Notes under the pieces: model-generated
Told to the model about the DNA's origin: nothing
Databases searched by the model: none
What the model saw: only the letters and a program-made list of their open reading frames with translations
Shown here: piece by piece, positions 28,064 to 36,067 of the stretch
Layout of the letters: every line of letters begins with the position of its first letter
Position numbering within the stretch: position 1 is the first letter of the stretch
Source: Candidatus Woesearchaeota archaeon
GTDB lineage: Archaea; Nanobdellota; Nanobdellia; UBA10117; ARS21
Direction: 5' to 3'
DNA: 44,491 nucleotides
NCBI GenBank assembly: GCA_018698915.1
Contig: JABIPN010000017.1
Location: forward strand, 1 to 44,491
Translations under genes and position numbers: made by a program

Positions 28064-28855
28064 ATCAGAATTCCAAACTTTTTCAAACATTTTACTCATT
28101 GTACCTGAAAAATAGTTTGAATTAATCCAAAAACCCATATCATAAGATGGATGTACTTCCTCATCATCAGTTAACATGAATATAATTTGTTTATTATCAA
28201 CTAAACAAAATCTTCCTTTAAAGTCACCACTATTTTTGAATTTAACATTTTCACCAAAACTAGCTATAATTTTCTGACTTTCTGGATTTTCAGGGGCTAA
28301 AATCCTAATTTTAATGCCTCGGGCAACTGTACGCTCGATTAAAGGCTTCAGAGTATTAAGTTTTCTCAGTAATCCTTCTTCAGAAGTAACCAAATCAACG
28401 CGCTCTTCAGCATTTTTTAACACATAACTTATTTGATCATAAAGGTTATGTCTTCCCTTTAGAGCACCAGAAAAATCAGTTATTTGTAAAGGTTCTATAC
28501 CTTGATTGTACAAATTAGCCAATTCACTCATTAATTCCGAATCTTTAAGTTTAATTACTTTTTCTGAATGTTTAATCAAATTCATACGAATTTTACTATG
28601 AACTCTGTCTAAAACCTCATTTGGAGGAATTGCCATGTATTTAATCGGTTTTTCAGGCTTCACAATAACAAAACCCTTTCTTTCAAGGCTCTCAAGAACA
28701 TCATATGTACGTGAACGAGGAACATCTGAAATATCACTTAATTCTCCGGCAGTAGAAATCCCTCTTGATAATATTGCAGCCCATAGTTTAACTTCATAAA
28801 GATTCAAACTGAAAGAACTTCTCAACTTAACCAAGAAAGACTCATTAATTATCAT
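28043..28855 (-). CDS. TrmB-family transcriptional regulator
   Basis: LNLYEVK..TAGELSDISDVPRSRTYDVLESLERKGF plus C-terminal PLD-like effector domain. Confidence 0.9.
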   Translation of the reverse strand: MIINESFLVKLRSSFSLNLYEVKLWAAILSRGISTAGELSDISDVPRSRTYDVLESLERKGFVIVKPEKPIKYMAIPPNEVLDRVHSKIRMNLIKHSEKVIKLKDSELMSELANLYNQGIEPLQITDFSGALKGRHNLYDQISYVLKNAEERVDLVTSEEGLLRKLNTLKPLIERTVARGIKIRILAPENPESQKIIASFGENVKFKNSGDFKGRFCLVDNKQIIFMLTDDEEVHPSYDMGFWINSNYFSGTMSKMFEKVWNSDLSSESE

Positions 28856-28905
28856 TATTGAGTAATACTATTTTTCCTTTTTAACAATTTCTGCGATTAA
28901 AACTA

Positions 28906-29427
28906 TTATATCTGCTCTAATTTCCTAGAATCAAAGAATCCGGCCTTTTTCATCTCTGAAAACTGCGTATTTGAAAATAAAACAGGGTTAATCTCAGTAT
29001 CTAACTCGCCATTAACAAAGCCAGTTATATCATATAGATTATCTCGGTCCATTAGTGTACTTACAATAACAATCTTATTCTGATCTTTACGATCAACAAA
29101 AATTCTAGGTTCGGAGCCATGTAATAATCCAATTCGATCCTTTATGATTTCTAAGGGAGTTTTGGATTTATCTAGAAACATATTTGCAAACAGTTTAAAT
29201 GATTCAGAAGTTCTGTCAACTTCATAGAATTTAATTCGGTCGCTTTCATCTTTCTTAATCATTTGAGTAGTAACCAATTTCTGTATTATTCGGTGCGCTG
29301 TTGCAAGACTAACTCCGGATTCTCTAGATAAGTCTCTAAGATAAAATCTACCCTTCTTTCCCAGAAGAGCATAAACTACAGCAACAGTTTTAGCATCAAA
29401 TACCTTACTGAGAAGCTTTTTCTTCAT
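28906..29427 (-). CDS. wHTH regulator fused to a degenerate minimal nucleotidyltransferase-like domain
   Basis: HTH 'YLRDLSRESGVSLATAHRIIQKL'; C-terminal 'LLHGS..ELDTEINPVLFS'; start moved to ATG 29427. Confidence 0.7.
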   Translation of the reverse strand: MKKKLLSKVFDAKTVAVVYALLGKKGRFYLRDLSRESGVSLATAHRIIQKLVTTQMIKKDESDRIKFYEVDRTSESFKLFANMFLDKSKTPLEIIKDRIGLLHGSEPRIFVDRKDQNKIVIVSTLMDRDNLYDITGFVNGELDTEINPVLFSNTQFSEMKKAGFFDSRKLEQI

Positions 29428-29543
29428 GTTCAATAATTGAAACGCAGATATAAAAGTGTTTCCTACTAGGAACACCATTTCAAATACTGAACATACTTTT
29501 GAAACAATGTTCCAAAAAGTAAAAAGTGTTCCAAAAAGTTATT
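29428..29543. repeat. Array of 16-bp GTTC-N7-GAAAC-like boxes (putative operators)
   Basis: Boxes at 29428, 29458, 29477; half-sites at 29490, 29509, 29528; 19-bp spacing; tgttccaaaaagt repeated exactly twice. Confidence 0.7.
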
Positions 29544-31224
29544 TACGTCCTCTTTGCGCAGAAGAGAGCTTCAAAATACGTTTTAAGTTATCAACATCTT
29601 TCAAATCTTTATCATCTCTTAGTCTTACAAATCTAGGAAAGCGTAAAGCATAACCTGAACCATAAGTTGGAGACCTCTGAATCTCTTCATATTTAACTTC
29701 AATAATTACACCCGGTTTAATCTTAACACTTCTACCAGATTCACCAATAATAAAAGGTTTCAACAATTTAGTCATTTTGTCAAAACTCACACCCATTTCA
29801 TCCTTTTCTTTAAATCCAGTTCCAATTTTTCCAATTTCTTTAAAACCGTCTTCAGTTCTACAAGCAAGAATAAAACTACTAATCCAGTTTGCACGTTTTC
29901 CAGTTCCCCACTCACCACCAACAATAACTAAATCAAGAGTTTCCATTACAGGTTTAATTTTAACACCAAACCCCACTCTCGAGCCAGGTTTGTAAACACC
30001 TTCGAGATTTTTCATCATAACACCTTCTGCCCCAACTCGTAAAGCTTCTTCATAGAATTCCTGACTCTGCTCAATAGAGGAAGTTGTAATTTCTTTAGCA
30101 AGACTTACAGAAAAAGAATCTTCAGTTATGATTTCTGAAAGTTTTTCACGCCTATCTTTAAACGGAATATCAATAAAATTTTTACCAGACAAACCAATTA
30201 AATCAAATGCAAATATCATAACTGGAACTTCTTTAATCATATCATCAATTCCATATTTTCGTTTAATCCGCTGAGATATCTCTTGAAACGGTTTCCAAGA
30301 TTTAGTGTCTTTATCATAGCCAACAACTTCACAATCAATAATATAATTTTTTGATTTTACATCCTTCTTTACTATTTCAATAATATCAGGAAATTGAGTA
30401 GTAACATCTTCAAGATTACGCGTAAACAATTTGAATTCATTATCTGATCGATGGATTTGCAATCTGAATCCATCATATTTGTAATCAATAATGGCAGGAG
30501 ATCCAACAACTTCAAAGCCTTCTTCAACAGATTCAACTTTCTTGAAAAGCATAACTTTAATTGGAGTACCAACATTTAATGAAATCTTTTCTAGTCCCGC
30601 ATCACCCCTTGTTTTTGCAACAAGTGCTACTCGAGACAAATCAGTAGTTAAATCATATGCTTTCTGAACATTTTTTACATCAACATCAAATGCATCAGCT
30701 ACTGCATCACGCAAGATTCCAAATCCCGAGCCAGTTCTCAAATCTTCGAGACAAGTTCGAACAAGATATTTAGAGTCAACACTATTTGAAGCTCCAAGGA
30801 GTTCAGATATTAATCCAACCTTTTTTCCAGTACTCCCAGTTCCATGAATTTCTGAAAGTTTTCTAAGATTATCAAATACTTGTTTAATAGTTAATTTTCT
30901 CTGAGTTAAAGAATCCTGAGTTCGAGAAGAAATATTTTTTTCAGCAACAAGCCCCAAATCACCGATTTTTGCCCACTGATCATTCAAATCAGTATCAGTT
31001 TTTCCCGATACTTTTGAGATTGATTTCAATATTAATTGATTTCCGATACCTATCTTTCTCTTATCAGATTCAGGAAAAAGTCTACCTTCCAATAACAAAA
31101 TTGATGCTTCAACTTCATCTGGTTTAATACCTCTCAAAAAGTCAGTAATAATTGCTCGTTTTTCAAGCATCTTTGTTGTCTGAGATAATGACTGATAAAT
31201 ATCAACAAGTTTGGAATATTCCAT
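29539..31224 (-). CDS. lig: ATP-dependent DNA ligase
   Basis: Motif I KYDGFR, EGVMMK, TLDLVIVG, ALRFPRF. Confidence 0.97.
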   Translation of the reverse strand: MEYSKLVDIYQSLSQTTKMLEKRAIITDFLRGIKPDEVEASILLLEGRLFPESDKRKIGIGNQLILKSISKVSGKTDTDLNDQWAKIGDLGLVAEKNISSRTQDSLTQRKLTIKQVFDNLRKLSEIHGTGSTGKKVGLISELLGASNSVDSKYLVRTCLEDLRTGSGFGILRDAVADAFDVDVKNVQKAYDLTTDLSRVALVAKTRGDAGLEKISLNVGTPIKVMLFKKVESVEEGFEVVGSPAIIDYKYDGFRLQIHRSDNEFKLFTRNLEDVTTQFPDIIEIVKKDVKSKNYIIDCEVVGYDKDTKSWKPFQEISQRIKRKYGIDDMIKEVPVMIFAFDLIGLSGKNFIDIPFKDRREKLSEIITEDSFSVSLAKEITTSSIEQSQEFYEEALRVGAEGVMMKNLEGVYKPGSRVGFGVKIKPVMETLDLVIVGGEWGTGKRANWISSFILACRTEDGFKEIGKIGTGFKEKDEMGVSFDKMTKLLKPFIIGESGRSVKIKPGVIIEVKYEEIQRSPTYGSGYALRFPRFVRLRDDKDLKDVDNLKRILKLSSAQRGRK

Positions 31225-31300
31225 GCCTACTACTTAATCAAAGACCAATAAAAGACTTATTATTCGCAAAACTTTATAATGTTCCAATATATAAGAAAAC

Positions 31301-31963
31301 ATGGATGTTCTTGAAGCAATTTTTGGACGGAGGTCAATTAGAAAGTTCAAAAAGGACACAATTCCCTATCGAGTTCTATTTGATATTTTTGAAGCAGCAG
31401 TAAGTGCTCCACGAGCTGGAAATATTCCAAGCACATGGATGGTTTTAATTGAATCAGACAATATTAAAGAGAAATTAAAAAACGCATGTATAGATCAAGA
31501 TTGGATAGCAGAAGCACCAGTAATTGTGGCAGTATGTTCAGATATAAAAAGATTAAAACAAGTATATGGTGAGCAAAGTGAATTATATTCAATTCAAAAT
31601 TCTTCAGCAGTAATCCAGAATATGCTTATTGCCGCAAGAGAATATGATTTGCAAGGCACGTGGATTGGCGCATTTTCAGAGTCAGACGTAAGAAAAGTAT
31701 TAAGCATTCCAAAAAAAATAAATGTACATGCACTAATTGCATTAGGAAAAGCTGATGAGACTCCAAAGAAAATTCCAACAGTTCAGGCAACAGACTTAGT
31801 TTACTATGAAAAATGGAAAGCAAGCAACAAAGCATCCAAATTAATACCGCTAAGTAATAATCCAAAAATTCAAAAGACAATACAGCAAGCAAGAAAGCGT
31901 TCACAAAAAACAAGAGACAAATTTATCAAGCGGTTCGGGAAGACCATAAAGCATTTTAAGTAA
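31301..31963 (+). CDS. Nitroreductase-family flavoprotein
   Basis: RRSIRKF, APRAGN, QNMLIAA..WIGAF. Confidence 0.9.
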   Translation: MDVLEAIFGRRSIRKFKKDTIPYRVLFDIFEAAVSAPRAGNIPSTWMVLIESDNIKEKLKNACIDQDWIAEAPVIVAVCSDIKRLKQVYGEQSELYSIQNSSAVIQNMLIAAREYDLQGTWIGAFSESDVRKVLSIPKKINVHALIALGKADETPKKIPTVQATDLVYYEKWKASNKASKLIPLSNNPKIQKTIQQARKRSQKTRDKFIKRFGKTIKHFK

Positions 31964-32076
31964 TTAATTGTATAGTGAAAACTATATTTTGAAACATACA
32001 ATTCAAAAAATCGAACTTAGTACACTGTTTTCAAAACTAAAAAAGGGCCGACCTGTATACTCCACCATATAAACCC

Positions 32077-32105
32077 TTTTTAAACAATTGTTCCATTGTT
32101 GAAAC
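32077..32105 (+). promoter_or_regulatory. ftsZ promoter: TATA box followed by a GTTCCATTGTTGAAAC box
   Basis: tttttaaa 32077-32084; box 32090-32105. Confidence 0.6.
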
Positions 32106-32152
32106 AAGTCAAAGACATTTTATTGTCAATTGACCTCGGAGAAAAAAAGAAA

Positions 32153-33229
32153 ATGGATTTCCTTGTACAAAACGCACTGGACTCAGCCAACGAGTTGGCA
32201 AGTTCACAAACAGATGACATGAATATCGGACAAGCAAATATAAAAGTACTAGGCTGCGGTGGAGCAGGAAACAATATGGCTGATTGGTTATATCGAAAAG
32301 GCATCAAAGGTGCTGAAATTATTTCTGTAAACACTGACAAGCTACATCTTGATCACAGAGAAGCTGATAAGAAAATACTTATTGGTAGAGATACAACTCG
32401 TGGACTAGGGGCAGGAGGTAATCCTGACGTTGGTGCACAGTCGGCTCGAGAGCAGATTCATGAATTAAAATCAGCAGTTCAAGGCTCAGACATGGTTTTT
32501 GTTTGCGCCGGATTAGGTGGAGGAACTGGAAGCGGAGTAGCTCCAGTTGCAGCACAAGTTGCAAAAGAAAATGGCGCAATTGTCATTGGTGTTGTCACAA
32601 TGCCTTTCAATATTGAAAAAGCAAGAATTGACAAAGCTGAATTCGCACTTAAACAATTGAGAGAAGTTTCTAATACAGTAATTGTAATTGATAACAATAG
32701 ATTATCTTCTATCGCAGGAAATTTACCTATTCGTCAAGCTTTCGCTGTAGCAAATGAATTAATTTCAACAATGATTAAGAGTATTGTAGAGATTATTTCA
32801 GTACCATCCTTGATTAATTTGGACTACGCAGACGTAAGAGCAATAATGTCCGCAGGCGGAGTTTCAGTTACTGGAATTGGTGAAGCAGACGGTGACAAAA
32901 GAGTAGATGAAGCAACCAAGCGAGCACTTTCAAACCCATTATTAGAAGTATCATATAATGGAGCTTCTGGAGCACTAATTCACATTACTGGTGGACCAGA
33001 TATGACTCTTGATGAAGCCGAAAGAATTGGTGAACTTATAACTGGCGGTCTTGACGCAGATGCAAATATTATCTGGGGAGCAAGAATCGACGATGAGATG
33101 AGAGGAAAGATTCGAGTTATGACAATCATAACTGGAGTAAAATCTCCATTCGTTCTTGGAAAAGCAAGCGCAGTACCATCTCCGCAAGCAATAGAAATGA
33201 ACCACGAGCTTGGTTTGGAGACAATATAA
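32153..33229 (+). CDS. ftsZ: Cell division protein FtsZ (FtsZ2-like)
   Basis: [24 protein letters not shown] and SLINLDYAD (FtsZ2-like); ATG 32153 preceded by GGAG. Confidence 0.96.
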   Translation: MDFLVQNALDSANELASSQTDDMNIGQANIKVLGCGGAGNNMADWLYRKGIKGAEIISVNTDKLHLDHREADKKILIGRDTTRGLGAGGNPDVGAQSAREQIHELKSAVQGSDMVFVCAGLGGGTGSGVAPVAAQVAKENGAIVIGVVTMPFNIEKARIDKAEFALKQLREVSNTVIVIDNNRLSSIAGNLPIRQAFAVANELISTMIKSIVEIISVPSLINLDYADVRAIMSAGGVSVTGIGEADGDKRVDEATKRALSNPLLEVSYNGASGALIHITGGPDMTLDEAERIGELITGGLDADANIIWGARIDDEMRGKIRVMTIITGVKSPFVLGKASAVPSPQAIEMNHELGLETI

Positions 33230-33273
33230 TAGTTAAGGCGCACCTCCGAGGTTGTCTTACGACGTCTTAGCCC

Positions 33274-33305
33274 GGTACCCTTCGGGGTACCATTTACCTT
33301 TTTTT
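33274..33305 (+). terminator. cUUCGg hairpin plus U-tract after ftsZ
   Basis: GGTACCC-TTCG-GGGTACC then atttacc and T7. Confidence 0.7.
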
Positions 33306-33341
33306 CAATATTTTTATATAGGATTACTATAGTCATTTAAT

Positions 33342-34598
33342 ATGGGTTCTATGGGTGACAAAGTTAGAATAAAACATGCAAGTTATGAATATGAAGGAAC
33401 ACTTATTGATTCTCCAGACGAGAAGATATATTTGCTAAAATTACATAATGGATATAATGTAGGAATACCTAAAGCTAACTCAAAAATAGTAGTTACAGGA
33501 AAAATGCCAAAGAAGAAACTTTCTGAATTAAATATAAAATCTGATAGCAGTCTTCCAAACATATCTTTAATTTCTACAGGCGGGACAATAACTTCAAGAG
33601 TAGATTATAGAACGGGTGCAGTTCATCCAATAACAAAACCTGCAGAATTATTATCACAAATTCCTGAACTAAGAAAGATTGCAAACTTTACAGTCATATC
33701 GCCAATATCAAAGTTTAGTGAGGAACTAAATATTGATGACTGGGCAAAAATTGCAGGAGCTGTTGGAAAAGAATTAAACAAAGAAAATGTTCGAGGAGCG
33801 ATAGTTACTCATGGAACTGATACACTACATTATACTTCAGCAGCATTGACATTTGCGCTAGAAGATTTAGGAAAACCAGTAGCAGTTGTAGGTGGACAGA
33901 GATCCTCAGACAGAGGAAGTTTTGACGGAGCAATGAATCTAATCTGTAGTGCCCATTATGTTAATTCAGATATTGCTGAAGTTGCAATTGTGATGCATGG
34001 AACTTCTTCGGATGATTATTGCATTGCAAATCCTGGAACAAAAACAAAGAAGATGCACAAAACAGCAAGAAATACGTTCAGACCAATTAATTCAATGCCA
34101 TTTACAAAAATATTCAAAGACGGTAGATTCGAAAAACTAAGGGGGCATAAACTAAGACATGCTGGAAAAGTAAATATAAATTCAAATTTTGAAAAGAAAG
34201 TTGCACTAATAAAATATCATCCAGGACTATCTTCAAAAGTTTTAGACTTTTATGTAAAAGAAGGTTATAGAGGAGTAATAATTGAAGGAACAGGTTTAGG
34301 ACATGTTGCATTAAGTGATTGGATGAAATCAATTGAATCAGCAACAAAGAAAATGTTTGTAGGAATGACTTCTCAGGCAATTTATGGAAAAGTAGATCCT
34401 TATGTGTATTCAACAGGGAGAGATTTATTCGAAAGAGGAGTAATTTATCTTGGAGACATGCTTCCAGAAACTGCGATAGTAAAATTATCATGGGTTCTTG
34501 GACAAAGCAAGAAGAAAGATGAAATTCGTGAAATGATGACAACAAATCTTCGTGGCGAGTTATCTGAAAAATCCATTCCAAATGGATTCTTATACTAA
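33342..34598 (+). CDS. gatD: Glu-tRNA(Gln) amidotransferase subunit D
   Basis: STGGTITSRVDYRTGAV, HGTDT, GQRSSDRGS. Confidence 0.96.
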   Translation: MGSMGDKVRIKHASYEYEGTLIDSPDEKIYLLKLHNGYNVGIPKANSKIVVTGKMPKKKLSELNIKSDSSLPNISLISTGGTITSRVDYRTGAVHPITKPAELLSQIPELRKIANFTVISPISKFSEELNIDDWAKIAGAVGKELNKENVRGAIVTHGTDTLHYTSAALTFALEDLGKPVAVVGGQRSSDRGSFDGAMNLICSAHYVNSDIAEVAIVMHGTSSDDYCIANPGTKTKKMHKTARNTFRPINSMPFTKIFKDGRFEKLRGHKLRHAGKVNINSNFEKKVALIKYHPGLSSKVLDFYVKEGYRGVIIEGTGLGHVALSDWMKSIESATKKMFVGMTSQAIYGKVDPYVYSTGRDLFERGVIYLGDMLPETAIVKLSWVLGQSKKKDEIREMMTTNLRGELSEKSIPNGFLY

Positions 34599-36016
34599 TG
34601 AAAAATTTAGGACTAAAATCAGGAATAGAAATACACCAACAGCTAAATACTGGAAAGCTTTTTTCACGTTGCCAATCCAGACTTGTTTCAACTAATCCTG
34701 ACTTTATAGTTAAACGAAGACTTCGAGCGCTGGCAGGAGAAATGGGAGTTATAGATATTGCTGCAGCACATGCTGCAGAAAAAGGGCTAACTTATTTTTA
34801 TGAAGTTCATAATAACAATACATCTTTAGTTGAACTTGATGAAGAGCCACCAGAATTAATCAATACAGAAGCATTAGATACAGTCTTATTAGTTTGTAAA
34901 ATGCTAAACTGTAGAATTATTCCATATATTAAAGTAATGCGAAAAACAGTAGTTGACGGTTCAAACACCTCAGGATTTCAAAGAACTTGTTTGGTTGGTA
35001 TTGATGGATATATTGAAACTTCAAATGGAAGAGTTTCAATTGACACAGTAGTACTTGAAGAAGATTCAGCAAGAAGGACTTCTGAAACCAAAGACACCGT
35101 AACTTATAGGCTTGACAGATTAGGAATCCCGTTAATTGAGATTGCAACAGGACCGGATATGAAAACTGCAGAGCAAGTACAGGAAGTTGCAAAAAAGTTA
35201 GGAACAATACTACGTTCAACAGGAAAAGTTATTCGAGGATTGGGAACAATTCGTCAAGATGTAAATATTTCAATAAAAGGGCATGCCAGAGTTGAACTAA
35301 AAGGAGTACAAGATTTACAACAAATACCAAAGATTTCTGAAATTGAAGCTAAAAGACAGAAAGCAGAGATTGATATGGCCAGAAAAACAGAAAGCCATGT
35401 GCGAAATGTAAAAGAAGATCTAACTTCAAAATTTCTAAGACCTATGCCTGGATCAGCAAGAATGTATCCTGAAACAGATCATCCAATAATTAAAGTTGAT
35501 ATGGATAGAGTCAAGGAAATGAAGCTCCCTGAATTAATACCTGGACGAATTAAAAGATACAAAAAATTAGGACTTAATACTGAGCTGGCTGAACGAATGG
35601 CAGACTCAAGAAAGAATGAAGTCTTCGATCGAGCCATGATTAAACAAAAATTAAATCCGACATTAGTTGCAACAACATTATTATCAACCGAAAAAGAAAT
35701 CAAAAGGAAACTCAAACTTGAATCTGGGAGGTTTCCTGAAGAATTTTACTCAAGACTTTTCAAGTTATTAGATCATGCTGAGATCACAAAAGAATCAATT
35801 TCAAAAGTTATGGAACGATTTATGACTGGAGAAGATTTTGATGATATAGTCAAAAACTATAAACCAATTTCAGATGTTGAGCTGAGAAAGATTGTCAAAG
35901 AAAACTATGATAAAGAGCTTCCGCACGGAGCACTCATAGGAAAAATAATGTCTGTAGTTGCAGGCAAAGCAGACGGAAAGAAAGTTGCAAAGTTAATTAG
36001 TGAACTTAAGAGATAA
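34598..36016 (+). CDS. gatE: Glu-tRNA(Gln) amidotransferase subunit E (short form)
   Basis: GIEIHQQL, MRKTVVDGSNTSGFQRT, LDRLGIPLIEI, RMYPETD. Confidence 0.95.
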   Translation: MKNLGLKSGIEIHQQLNTGKLFSRCQSRLVSTNPDFIVKRRLRALAGEMGVIDIAAAHAAEKGLTYFYEVHNNNTSLVELDEEPPELINTEALDTVLLVCKMLNCRIIPYIKVMRKTVVDGSNTSGFQRTCLVGIDGYIETSNGRVSIDTVVLEEDSARRTSETKDTVTYRLDRLGIPLIEIATGPDMKTAEQVQEVAKKLGTILRSTGKVIRGLGTIRQDVNISIKGHARVELKGVQDLQQIPKISEIEAKRQKAEIDMARKTESHVRNVKEDLTSKFLRPMPGSARMYPETDHPIIKVDMDRVKEMKLPELIPGRIKRYKKLGLNTELAERMADSRKNEVFDRAMIKQKLNPTLVATTLLSTEKEIKRKLKLESGRFPEEFYSRLFKLLDHAEITKESISKVMERFMTGEDFDDIVKNYKPISDVELRKIVKENYDKELPHGALIGKIMSVVAGKADGKKVAKLISELKR

Positions 36017-36067
36017 TTCTCCGCACCATGTCAAAAACTATATAAAACTATCACTCTACAAAAAACC

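Noticed and set aside
29428-29543. Array read as a CRISPR or as canonical ORB origin repeats
   Set aside because: The 19-bp period leaves no spacers and there are no cas genes. The N7 spacing, lack of a G-string and absence of cdc6 differ from canonical ORBs, although an unusual origin is not fully excluded
31636-31647. 12-nt match (aagagaatatga) between the 24.5-kb small unit and the nitroreductase gene as an antisense target
   Set aside because: An A/T-rich 12-mer is plausible by chance in 44 kb of AT-rich DNA
1963-32152. Longer starts in the ORF track (1963, 8960, 21964, 22301, 27144, 29478, 32096)
   Set aside because: They overlap neighbouring genes or promoters; downstream ATGs match family N-termini and junction geometry
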